58,275 bases of DNA from Solirubrobacterales bacterium (GCA_036276995.1 DASUNU010000088.1:1-58275); one strand, 5' to 3'; shown: positions 16,124 through 24,464, counted from the first letter of the stretch. Notes: generated by a model from the sequence alone, not told the origin. Made by a program: numbers and translations.

Positions 16124-16629
16124 CCCGGGCGTTTGGCGAGCTGGACGATCGGGATCGTCCGGTTCGCCTTCGCCGCTTCGCGCCGGTAGGCGGCGTAGGG
16201 AGCGAAGACCCGGTCGGCGAGCTCCCAGAGCCGGCGCCGCTCGGCCTGGTCGGCGACCACCGCGGCGCGCATCGGCAGGCCGCCGAAGCTGACCTCCGGG
16301 TCGGCCTGGAGGTTGTGGAACCAGGCCGGGTGCTCGGGCAGCCCGAGCTTCGAGGCGACGATCGTGACCCTGGGACCGTCGTTGAAGTAGATGACGACGT
16401 TGCGCCGCACGGCGCCGGTCCGGGCGCCCCTCGTCTCCAGCAGCGCCGTCGGCATCAGCAGGCCCATCCCGAGCCGTCCCCGGGTCAGCCGCATCAGGTG
16501 CGGATCGAGCTTCCAGACCAGGTGGACCGAGAGGAAGCGACCGAGGCGGGTGTTGGCCAGCGCCGCGTAGAGGCGGTTGAAGAGGCTGGGCGTCTTTTCG
16601 GGGTCGACGTACCTGAGCTTTGGCGCCAT
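16120..16629 (-). CDS. Deazaflavin (F420)-dependent nitroreductase-family oxidoreductase (Ddn-like)
   Basis: LETRGARTGAVRRNVVIYFNDG...EHPAWFHNLQADPEV...RTIPIVQL matches the family hallmarks. Start taken at MAPKLRY (16629). Confidence 0.75.
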   Translation of the reverse strand: MAPKLRYVDPEKTPSLFNRLYAALANTRLGRFLSVHLVWKLDPHLMRLTRGRLGMGLLMPTALLETRGARTGAVRRNVVIYFNDGPRVTIVASKLGLPEHPAWFHNLQADPEVSFGGLPMRAAVVADQAERRRLWELADRVFAPYAAYRREAAKANRTIPIVQLAKRPG

Positions 16630-16652
16630 CCGCGCTCCTATGATGCCGCCTC

Positions 16653-17828
16653 TTGGCCTCTCCCCTCCCTCGCCGCCTTTTCCTGCCGCCGCTGCTCGCG
16701 CTCGCGGCGCTGCTCGTCTCCCTCCTGACCGTGCCAAGCGCCGGAGCGGCGCAGGACGAGTTCACGCCCGTCGCCGCCAGCGTCCTCGCCACCCCGGAAC
16801 CGGTCCTCGGCGGCGACGGGCGCCAGCACCTCGCCTACGAGCTGCTCCTGATCAACCAGTCCGACCGGGCGACCGCGACGGTGCGCAGCATCCGGGCGCT
16901 GGCCGGCGGCAAGGTCGTCGGCTCACTGGCGGGAGCGGCGCTGGCGACGGCGATGAAGCCGCTCGGCCAGGAAAAGGGCGGGGTCAGGCTCGGCCGGGGC
17001 GAAGCGGCGACGGTGCTGATGGATCTCAGCTTCCCGCGCGGCGCCAGGCTGCCGCGGCGGCTGGTCCACCGGATCGCGATCGCCCAGCGGCCGCCGAGCC
17101 CGGTCGTCGCCACCGCCTACCTGGCCGCCCCCACCCCGGTCTCCCGGCGCCCCGCGATCGTCGTCGCCCCGCCCCTGCGCGGCCCCGGCTGGGTGGTCGG
17201 CAATGGCTGCTGCGCCGAACCGACCTCGCACCGGGCCAGCGTGCTCGCGATCAACGGCGCCCTCCACGCCGGCGAGCGCTTCGCGATCGACTTCATCCAG
17301 GTCGCGCCCAATGGGCGCATCGTCGAAGGCCCGTGGGAGCGGCTCTCCAGCTACCCCTTCTTCGGCGCCGGGGTCTTCTCGTCGACCGCGGGCCGGGTGG
17401 TGACCGTGGTCGACGGCCTGCCCGAGACCCAGCCTCAGCTGGAACTCCCGCCCGGCACCGCCGCCGACGCCGGCGGCAACCACGTGGTCGTCGCCATGGG
17501 TGGCGACCGCTTCGCCTTCTACGGCCACCTGCAGCCGGGCAGCATCACGGTCGCGGTCGGCGACCGGGTGCGGGTCGGACAGCCGCTCGGCCGGCTCGGC
17601 AGCAGCGGCAACTCCAACGCTCCCCACCTGCACTTCCAGCTGATGGACGGACCGCTGCCGCTGGCCGCGAGCGGCGTCCCCTACCGCTTCAGCCGCTTCA
17701 GCGCGGAAGGGACCCTGGCCAACTTCGTCCCCTTCTTCATCGGGCAGCCGGCCCAGATCGCGCCGAAGCCGGTCGGGCCGCGCCGTGGCGAGCTGCCGCT
17801 GAACCGGCAGGTCGTCGGCTTCGACTGA
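16653..17828 (+). CDS. Secreted M23-family metallopeptidase
   Basis: Signal peptide LLALAALLVSLLTVPSAGAAQ. M23 motifs GNHVVV, YGHL and GSSGNSNAPHLHFQL. TTG start at 16653. Confidence 0.8.
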   Translation: MASPLPRRLFLPPLLALAALLVSLLTVPSAGAAQDEFTPVAASVLATPEPVLGGDGRQHLAYELLLINQSDRATATVRSIRALAGGKVVGSLAGAALATAMKPLGQEKGGVRLGRGEAATVLMDLSFPRGARLPRRLVHRIAIAQRPPSPVVATAYLAAPTPVSRRPAIVVAPPLRGPGWVVGNGCCAEPTSHRASVLAINGALHAGERFAIDFIQVAPNGRIVEGPWERLSSYPFFGAGVFSSTAGRVVTVVDGLPETQPQLELPPGTAADAGGNHVVVAMGGDRFAFYGHLQPGSITVAVGDRVRVGQPLGRLGSSGNSNAPHLHFQLMDGPLPLAASGVPYRFSRFSAEGTLANFVPFFIGQPAQIAPKPVGPRRGELPLNRQVVGFD

Positions 17829-17836
17829 AGGCTGGC

Positions 17837-17859
17837 GCCCGCCCTGCCGATAGGCGGGC
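17837..17859 (+). other. GC-rich stem-loop abutting the next start codon (terminator/attenuator candidate)
   Basis: GCCCGCC-ctgccgata-GGCGGGC is a perfect 7-bp inverted repeat between the M23 stop (17826-17828) and the ATG at 17860. No T-tract. Confidence 0.3.
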
Positions 17860-18627
17860 ATGACCAAGCTTCCGTCTCGCCTCCCCCGCCACCTCTCCTA
17901 CGCCAACGTGATGGCCAGCGTCGCCGTCTTCCTCGCCCTCGGCGGGGTCGGCTACGCCGCGGCAACCATCAACGGCAACAAGATCGTCAAGGGGACGATC
18001 GGCGCCGGCAAGCTGAAGAACGGGACGCTGACCAGCGCCCAGGTGAAGCAGAACGCGCTGACCGGGAGCGTGATCGACGAGTCGACGCTGACGATCGTGC
18101 CCTCGGCCCAGAGCGCCAACTCGGCGACGACCGCGGCGAGCGCCAACACGGCGGCCAGCGCCGACAGCGCCAAGACCGCGAACACGGCGAAGAGCGCCGA
18201 AACCGCCGCCCATGCCGCCAGCGCAGATACGGCGACCGAAGCCACCACCGCGCAGAGTGCCGAGAGCGCCAAAGAAGCCGAGGCCGTCGATGGCCTCACC
18301 GCGGGTGAGCTGCAGGTCTCCTGCCCCGCCAACACCGACCTCTTCGGCGGCATGTGCTGGGAACAAACCCCGCGCCCGCTCGCGGGCTGGGTCGTCGCCT
18401 CGGTTACCTGCGGCGACGCCGGCGGCCGCCTCCCCAGCCTCAGCGAGCTGATCGCCTACATCGCCCAGCCCGGGCCGCCGGAGGCGGAGCACTGGAGCGC
18501 CGACGTCGCCGACTTCGACGCACCCGAAAACGAAGAGATCGCGCTCGCCCGCGGCGAGTCGGGAACCTCGCTCAAACGCGCCCCGGTGCCCCTCGGCTAC
18601 CGCTGTCTCTTCTACCGGGTCAACTAG
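17860..18627 (+). CDS. Membrane-anchored repeat protein with Ala/Ser-rich tract and Cys-containing C-terminal domain
   Basis: N-terminal anchor VMASVAVFLALGGVGYAAA. Short repeats KGTIGAGKLKNGTLTSAQVKQNALTGSVIDESTL. Low-complexity SAQSANSATTAASANTAASADSAKTANTAKSAETAAHAASADTA. C-terminal SCPANTDLFGGMCWE...CGDAGGRLPSLSEL (lectin/DUF1566-like flavour, inferred). Confidence 0.6.
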   Translation: MTKLPSRLPRHLSYANVMASVAVFLALGGVGYAAATINGNKIVKGTIGAGKLKNGTLTSAQVKQNALTGSVIDESTLTIVPSAQSANSATTAASANTAASADSAKTANTAKSAETAAHAASADTATEATTAQSAESAKEAEAVDGLTAGELQVSCPANTDLFGGMCWEQTPRPLAGWVVASVTCGDAGGRLPSLSELIAYIAQPGPPEAEHWSADVADFDAPENEEIALARGESGTSLKRAPVPLGYRCLFYRVN

Positions 18628-18631
18628 CCGG

Positions 18632-20308
18632 CTAGTCGAGCGCGGGCTGCTGGTCGAGCGCGAACAGCTCGTGGATCAGGCGGATCGCGACTGAGCCCTC
18701 GCCGACGGCGGCGGCGACGCGATTCATCGAGCTGAGACGGACGTCGCCGGCGGCGAAGACGCCGGGCATGCTGGTCTCCAGCGAGAACGGCTTGCGCGCG
18801 AGCGGCCAGCTCGCGTCGTCTTCGAGGTCGGCGCCGGTGCGGATGAAGCCGCCCTCGCCACGGACGATCTCCGGCGGCAGCCAGTCGGTGTTGGGGCGGG
18901 CGCCGATCATCAGGAAGAGCGCGTCGGCGGCGACGGTCTCGGTCGCGCCGTCGGCGCTGCGCAGGTCGAGGCTCTGCAACCACTCCTCGCCCGTACCGCC
19001 GACGACCTCGGTTTCGAGGCGCACCTCGACCCTGGGGGCGTCCTCGACCTGCTGCACCAGGTAGTGCGACATCCCTTTCTCGAGCGCCCCGGCCCGGACC
19101 ACGAGCACGACCCGCCGCGCATATTCGGCCAGGTGCAGCGCCGCCTGCGCGGCCGAGTTGGCGCCGCCGAGCACGAAGACGTCCTTGCCGGCCATCGCCG
19201 GCGCCTCGGAGGCGGGGCCGCCGTAGAAGACGCCGGCCCCGACCAGCCCCTCGATCGCGGCGACCCCGAGCCGGCGGTAGGTGGCGCCGGTCGAGAGGAT
19301 CACGGCGCGGGCGCTGACCTCGCCGTCGTCGGAGAGGGCGATGTGGATGCGGTCACCCGCGCGCCGCAGCGCGGTCGCGTCGTGCATGAAGGCGAACTTG
19401 GCGCCGAACACCCAGGCCTGCTCGTAGGCGCGCTCGGCCAGCTGGCGGCCGCTGACCCCGCGCGGGAAGCCGAGGTAGTTGCGGATCAGCGAGCTCGAGG
19501 TCGCCTGGCCGCCGATCCCGCCGTTGTCGACGACCAGGGTGTCGAAGCCCTCCGAGGCGCCGTACACCGCCGCCGAGAGCCCGGCCGGCCCGCCGCCGAC
19601 GATGACCACGTCGAGCTCGCGGTGCTGGGGGTCGACCGTGCCCCCCGAGGCGCTGGCCAGCTCCATGTTGGACGGGTTGGTCAGAACCGTGCCGTTGGGG
19701 AAGACGACCAGGGGCAGCGGCTCGCCGTCCCCCCACTCCTCGACCAGCTCCTGGCCTTCGGGCGAGTCGGCGAGCACGAAGGCGTGCGGGACCGCGCAGC
19801 GCCCCAGCACCTCGCGCAGCTCGTAGGCGCGGCCGGTCCAGGACTCGCCGACGATGTGGACGGTGTGCGGCGAGACCCGCCGCGCGTGCGCCCACTCGAG
19901 CAGGAAGGTGGAGACCGACTGGTGGAAGAGCTCGTCGGGCGCCTGCGAGGGCCGGATCACGTAGTACTCGATCTGCCGCTGCGCCATCGCCCGGAAGATC
20001 GCCTCGCCGGTCGTGCCGTCGCCCCAGCTCCCCCACTCGATCAGCAGCCCACGCTGGGCGTGCGGGTGCAGGTTGCGCACCTTGCTCAGCAGCTCGGCGC
20101 CGCTCGTGTCGGAGAAGGCAAAGGCGGAGAGGACGAGCGCCACGTCCTCGCCCGCATCGGCAAGCGCCTGTAGCTGCGCGCTCGCCTCCGCCGCGGAGGA
20201 CAGGCAGACGATCCGGTAGCTGCGCGCGTAGCGGTCGCTGAGCTCGCGCTCGAGGTTGGCGAGAAGCTGCTCGTCTTCGTCGACGGCGAGGAGAACGGGG
20301 GTGGCCAC
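18632..20308 (-). CDS. Receiver-like domain / glutaredoxin-like domain / thioredoxin-reductase-like FAD oxidoreductase fusion (no CxxC)
   Basis: 558 aa. N-terminal CheY-like fold (VLLAVDEDEQLL...VALVLSAFAF...YVIRPS). C-terminal VVIVGGGPAGLSAAVYGASEG, GGQATSSSLIRNYLGFP, LGGANSAAQAALHL and GVFAAGDVR. The TrxB CATCDG site is replaced by GVFYGGPASEAP. Confidence 0.8.
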   Translation of the reverse strand: MATPVLLAVDEDEQLLANLERELSDRYARSYRIVCLSSAAEASAQLQALADAGEDVALVLSAFAFSDTSGAELLSKVRNLHPHAQRGLLIEWGSWGDGTTGEAIFRAMAQRQIEYYVIRPSQAPDELFHQSVSTFLLEWAHARRVSPHTVHIVGESWTGRAYELREVLGRCAVPHAFVLADSPEGQELVEEWGDGEPLPLVVFPNGTVLTNPSNMELASASGGTVDPQHRELDVVIVGGGPAGLSAAVYGASEGFDTLVVDNGGIGGQATSSSLIRNYLGFPRGVSGRQLAERAYEQAWVFGAKFAFMHDATALRRAGDRIHIALSDDGEVSARAVILSTGATYRRLGVAAIEGLVGAGVFYGGPASEAPAMAGKDVFVLGGANSAAQAALHLAEYARRVVLVVRAGALEKGMSHYLVQQVEDAPRVEVRLETEVVGGTGEEWLQSLDLRSADGATETVAADALFLMIGARPNTDWLPPEIVRGEGGFIRTGADLEDDASWPLARKPFSLETSMPGVFAAGDVRLSSMNRVAAAVGEGSVAIRLIHELFALDQQPALD

Positions 20309-20345
20309 CAGGTGAAAATAACTGCCCTGTCGTTAGGCTGCCGCC

Positions 20346-22031
20346 GTGATCACCCCGGAGGAGATCGGCGAGGTCGAAACCTTCTCGCCGCTGACCCCGG
20401 CCGACCGCGAGCGAGTGGCCCGCGCCGCGGCCGACATCACGCTTATCGCCGGCGAGTTCGCGGCGCAGGAGGGCGACGAGCAGGCGCTCTTCGCGGTGCT
20501 GGACGGGCGGATCGAGGCGGTCAAGCTGACCGACGGGATCGAGCGGGTGGTCGGCGAGCGCGGCCCGGGCGAGGTCTTCGGCGAGGTCCCGATCGTGCTC
20601 GGCACGGTCTTCCCGGTCGGCTTCCGCGCCGCCGAGCCGACCCGGGTGATGCGGATCGAGCCCGCCACCTACCACGCACTCGCCGCCGTCTCCCCCGGCA
20701 TCGCCCGCGAGATCGGGCGGCTCGCAGCGCACCGGATGGGCGGCTCGCGCGGCCTGCAGGGGATCGCCGCCGACCCGCCGCCACCGCGCGCGATCGTTGT
20801 CGGCGAGCGCTGGGACCCCGGCTGCGCCGAGCTGCGCGCCTTCCTCGACCGCAACCAGATCACCTACCGCTGGATCGCCGACCCGGCGGCCGACGAGGCC
20901 GGGCTCTGGGACGGCCCGCTGCCGGAGCGGGCCGACTGGCCGGCGCTGCGCGCGGTCGACGGCAAGACCGCGGTGCGGCCCAGCCTGCGCCGGGTCGCCG
21001 AGCTGCTCGGGCTGGACACCGAGCCGGCCGCCGCCGTCTACGACACCGTCGTCGTCGGGGCCGGGCCGGCCGGGCTCGCCGCGGCGGTCTACGGCGCCTC
21101 GGAGGGCCTGCGGACGATCGTGGTCGAGCGCGAGGCGCCCGGCGGACAGGCCGGCACCTCCTCGCGGATCGAGAACTACCTCGGCTTCCCCTCCGGCGTC
21201 TCCGGCGACGAGCTGGCCAGCCGCGCCCTGCAGCAGGCACGCCGGCTCGGGGCCGAGATCCTCGTCACCCGCTCGATCGCACGGATCGACGCGGCCAACC
21301 GCGAGCTCCACCTCGACGGCGGCGATGTGCTCCGCGCCCGGACGATCATCCTCGCCTGCGGGGTGAGCTGGCGCCGGCTCGACCTCGACGGCTTCGACGA
21401 GCTGGTCGGCAAGGGCATCTTCTACGGCGCCGCCCGCAGCGAGGCGCCGAACACGCACGGGCAGGACGTCCACGTCATCGGCGCCGGCAACTCGGCCGGG
21501 CAGGCCGCGCTCTTCTTCTCGACCCACGCCCGCAGCGTCACCGTGCTCTGCCGCGGCGCCGGGCTGGAGAAGAGCATGTCGCGCTACCTGATCGACCAGC
21601 TGGCGACCCGGGGCAACATCGAGGTCGCGACCGGGGTCGAGGTCGCCGCCGTCCACGGCGAGGGCTCACTGGCCGAGATCGACCTGCGCCGGGTCGGCTC
21701 CGGCGAGCTGGCCCGGGTCGGCTCCTCCGGGCTCTTCGTCTTCATCGGCGCCGACGCCGAGACCGAGTGGCTGCCGCCGGAGATCTCGCTCGACCAGCGC
21801 GGCTACGTGCTGACCGGCCCCGAGCTGCGCGAGGCCGACCGCTGGAGCCTCGAGCGCGATCCGTTCCTGCTGGAGACCAGCGTGCCCGGCGTCTTCGCCT
21901 GCGGCGACGTCCGCTCCGGCCCGGTCAAGCGCGTCGCCGCCGCGGTCGGTGAAGGCAGCATGTCGATCGCCTTCGTGCACCAGTACCTGCGCGAGGCGGA
22001 GACGGCGGAGGCCGGCGGGCGAGCGGCGTGA
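20346..22031 (+). CDS. Cyclic-nucleotide-binding domain / glutaredoxin-like domain / thioredoxin-reductase-like FAD oxidoreductase fusion (no CxxC)
   Basis: 561 aa. cNMP-binding-like N-terminus (GEFAAQEGDEQALFAVLDGRIE...GPGEVFGEVPIVLG...FRAAEPTRVMRI). TrxR-like VVVGAGPAGLAAAVYGASEG, GGQAGTSSRIENYLGFP, IGAGNSAGQAALFF and GVFACGDVR. No CxxC in the NADPH domain. Confidence 0.85.
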   Translation: MITPEEIGEVETFSPLTPADRERVARAAADITLIAGEFAAQEGDEQALFAVLDGRIEAVKLTDGIERVVGERGPGEVFGEVPIVLGTVFPVGFRAAEPTRVMRIEPATYHALAAVSPGIAREIGRLAAHRMGGSRGLQGIAADPPPPRAIVVGERWDPGCAELRAFLDRNQITYRWIADPAADEAGLWDGPLPERADWPALRAVDGKTAVRPSLRRVAELLGLDTEPAAAVYDTVVVGAGPAGLAAAVYGASEGLRTIVVEREAPGGQAGTSSRIENYLGFPSGVSGDELASRALQQARRLGAEILVTRSIARIDAANRELHLDGGDVLRARTIILACGVSWRRLDLDGFDELVGKGIFYGAARSEAPNTHGQDVHVIGAGNSAGQAALFFSTHARSVTVLCRGAGLEKSMSRYLIDQLATRGNIEVATGVEVAAVHGEGSLAEIDLRRVGSGELARVGSSGLFVFIGADAETEWLPPEISLDQRGYVLTGPELREADRWSLERDPFLLETSVPGVFACGDVRSGPVKRVAAAVGEGSMSIAFVHQYLREAETAEAGGRAA

Positions 22032-22879
22032 GGCGCGCTCTTGCGACCCTGGCGATCGCCCTCCTGGCCTGGGCAGTGCCCGCGGCGGCCACCTGGGACG
22101 GGGCGGCCGTGCGTCCCGAGCCGAGGCTCCTGAGCGCCTCGTGGGGCACCAACAACGCGGTCGGCTGCCCCAGCGGCGCGCAGGAACTCGACAACATCCC
22201 GGTCACCTTCAGCTGGTTCATCCGCCGCGCCTCGATCCAGGTCACCGACTTCCGGATCGTGCGCAGTGACGGCAGCACCGCGAAGCCGACCTGCGCCCTC
22301 CAGTTCCCGCCGGACGAGCGGGACGAGGCCCAGACGGTGAACCTGATCGGCGACTTCGGCGAACCGGAAGGCCCGACGCCGGTCGCGATCCGGGTGGTCG
22401 GTGCACTGCAGGGCAAGGCTCCCGGTGCGAACAAGTGGCGGCCGCTCGGGCGCCTGCCGAAGGTCAGCGTCGACCCGCTGCCGGCCGGCCCCTACATCGT
22501 CGATGCCTGGACCCTGACGCCCTCGATCTACCGCGGCGACCGCAATCGCTGCACGGTCGGCGAAACCTTCGTGCGGGTGATGTGGTCCAACGGCCTCACC
22601 GCCTACCCGACCGGCGAAGAAGTCGGCGCCCCGGTCACCGCCTCCTACCGCGCCCTCTACAAGCGGCCGAACGGCAGGACCGTCGCGCTCGCCCCGCTCG
22701 AAGTCGCCGACCTCCACGACCACGAAACCTCGTTCAACGCCGACAACATGCACGACCTCTGCCTGCCCCAGCCCCCGCGCGGAGCCCGGCTCGCCGGAGC
22801 GACGATCGCCGCCGGGCTGATTCAGGATCCCAACGGCGACCCTAACCCCGCCCAGAAGTTCCGCGCGCCGCGCCTCTGA
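22028..22879 (+). CDS. Secreted hypothetical protein
   Basis: GTG at 22028 forms a GTGA overlap with the upstream stop. Signal peptide MRRALATLAIALLAWAVPAAATW. No recognisable family. Confidence 0.55.
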   Translation: MRRALATLAIALLAWAVPAAATWDGAAVRPEPRLLSASWGTNNAVGCPSGAQELDNIPVTFSWFIRRASIQVTDFRIVRSDGSTAKPTCALQFPPDERDEAQTVNLIGDFGEPEGPTPVAIRVVGALQGKAPGANKWRPLGRLPKVSVDPLPAGPYIVDAWTLTPSIYRGDRNRCTVGETFVRVMWSNGLTAYPTGEEVGAPVTASYRALYKRPNGRTVALAPLEVADLHDHETSFNADNMHDLCLPQPPRGARLAGATIAAGLIQDPNGDPNPAQKFRAPRL

Positions 22880-23319
22880 CTCAGCTCCATCCGGTCGATC
22901 CTCTCCTCCAGCGCCTGAAAGGAGCCAGCGACGCGACGCGGCTCGACGAATGCCCGCATGATCTCGATGTTGACCGCAATCGCCCGGTCGCTGCGCAGGA
23001 CACCGGAGAGCATCGCCACTCCCTGCTCGGTGAATACGTAGGGCGCATAGCGGCGACCACCCCAGCCCTCACTTGAGGTTGCAATTTGTGACCTCAAAAT
23101 CTCGGCCTCGGCCTCGGTCAACTGAAACATGAAGTCTTTGGGGAAGCGCTTCAGATTTCGTTTGACCTGCTGAATCAGGCGCTTGGTCTCGACGCCATAG
23201 AGATCCGCCAGGTCCTCATCGAGCATCACCTGCCGTTCGCGAATGACGAAGATCCGCTTCTCGATCTTCGGCGCCCCGACCAACTGCAGGCCCGTCTTCT
23301 CGCTTGCCGGATGGGTCAT
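22822..23319 (-). CDS. ORF6N-domain DNA-binding protein (phage/defence-island associated family)
   Basis: MTHPASE...IFVIRERQVMLDEDLADLYGVETKRLIQQVKRNLKRFPKDFMFQLTEAE...RYAPYVFTEQGVAMLSGVLRSDRAIAVNIEIMRAF is the classic ORF6N signature. ATG at 23319. Locally reduced GC (about 48% in 23081-23140). Confidence 0.75.
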   Translation of the reverse strand: MTHPASEKTGLQLVGAPKIEKRIFVIRERQVMLDEDLADLYGVETKRLIQQVKRNLKRFPKDFMFQLTEAEAEILRSQIATSSEGWGGRRYAPYVFTEQGVAMLSGVLRSDRAIAVNIEIMRAFVEPRRVAGSFQALEERIDRMELSQRRGARNFWAGLGSPLGS

Positions 23320-23363
23320 GCCCCCACAATGACAAACGCTCCGGAACTTATTGTCTGCGGCTC

Positions 23364-23807
23364 CTACTGCAGGTGGAAGGTGAAGTCGAAGGCGGTGCCC
23401 TGCTTGTTGCGGTAGTGCAGGGTCATCGTGCCGTTGGCGCCAGCGTAAGCCCCGGTCCCGCCGGTGATCGCCAGCTCGGCGTCGCCTTTGTCCAGGAACT
23501 GGCCCTGAACGCTGATCGAGCCGGTCTCGAGGTAGGTGGTCCAGCTGCATTCCCACGACTTGCCGACGATGATGCGGATGCAGTACCCGGCGTCCCTACC
23601 GATCTGCTGCTTGTTGGCGGCGTCATAGATCTTGTTGTGCCAGGTGAGCACGTTGCCCACCTTGTCCTGCTTCGAGCCGTTCGTGACCGCGTCGGTGGTC
23701 GCGCGCTCGACCACGTGGATCGTCTGCGCCGCCACCGCCGCTGACGGTGCGACGGCAAGCACGCCGATCGTCAACAGAAGCGCGTATCTGGCTCGGCTGC
23801 CGGTCAT
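23364..23807 (-). CDS. Secreted allene-oxide-cyclase-barrel / dirigent-like protein
   Basis: Start taken at MTGSRARYALLLTIGVLAVAPSAAVAAQ (signal peptide). C-terminal AITGGTGAYAGANGTM is typical of AOC-barrel/dirigent-like proteins. Confidence 0.55.
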   Translation of the reverse strand: MTGSRARYALLLTIGVLAVAPSAAVAAQTIHVVERATTDAVTNGSKQDKVGNVLTWHNKIYDAANKQQIGRDAGYCIRIIVGKSWECSWTTYLETGSISVQGQFLDKGDAELAITGGTGAYAGANGTMTLHYRNKQGTAFDFTFHLQ

Positions 23808-23915
23808 CGACCCGGTTCGACCGTAGACCCGCCGCGCCGCAGGCCGCAACGGCCGCATGGATGATTCGGGAGCAGTTGCCAGGCCAAGTCGGCCAGTGGC
23901 GGCGAAGCGTTCGGC

Positions 23916-24464
23916 TCAGGCGCGATCTGCGGGCGCACCCTGGGGCCGTCCCGTCACGCAGACCGCGGGAACCGGACGCAGGTTCTCGACCAGCACCCCG
24001 TTGACTGACAATCCCCCCTCGCGGAGCCGGTCGGCCAACTCATGCCCCAGCTCTTGGGCTCGCCCCGGCGCAGAGTGTCGCGCGTCCCAGAAGACGAAGA
24101 CGGTCCCATCCCGGGCGAGGTGCTCGCGGACGACACGGAGCGCCGGCTCCGGCTGCAACCAGAAGGGGGCGACGTTGAAGGCAAAGACCTTGTCGAAGCG
24201 CCGATCGCCGAGATCCGCGTCCTCCAGCGCGACGGCCTCGAGCACCGCCCTGCCCGCATCCACGTGCTTGCGGTTCCTCCGCGTAGCCATCGCGATCATC
24301 TTGGGTGAGCGGTCGATCGCGGTGATCGTTCCTGTCGTCAGGCTCTCGCAGACCAAGGAGACTGCGACGCCGTGGCCGCAGCCGACCTCGAGCACGCGGT
24401 CGGAGGGACGGATCTCCAGCGTGTCGACCGCCCAGACGAACCGCTCCGATGCCTTGCCCGCCAC
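23916..24464 (-). CDS. Class I SAM-dependent methyltransferase
   Basis: Motif I VLEVGCGHGV. Short 182-aa Rossmann-type body. Confidence 0.75.
   Translation of the reverse strand: MAGKASERFVWAVDTLEIRPSDRVLEVGCGHGVAVSLVCESLTTGTITAIDRSPKMIAMATRRNRKHVDAGRAVLEAVALEDADLGDRRFDKVFAFNVAPFWLQPEPALRVVREHLARDGTVFVFWDARHSAPGRAQELGHELADRLREGGLSVNGVLVENLRPVPAVCVTGRPQGAPADRA

Noticed and set aside
18110-18290. Repetitive gcc/agc/acc-rich DNA that could be mistaken for a tandem repeat or CRISPR-like array.
   Set aside because: There are no regularly spaced identical repeats or spacers. It is in-frame low-complexity Ala/Ser/Thr coding sequence of the 17860-18627 protein.
18624-18635. The perfect palindrome CTAGCCGGCTAG between convergent genes, and CTAG at 12400-12403.
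   Set aside because: It is explained by the two facing TAG stop codons of convergent genes, and there is no evidence of a regulatory role.
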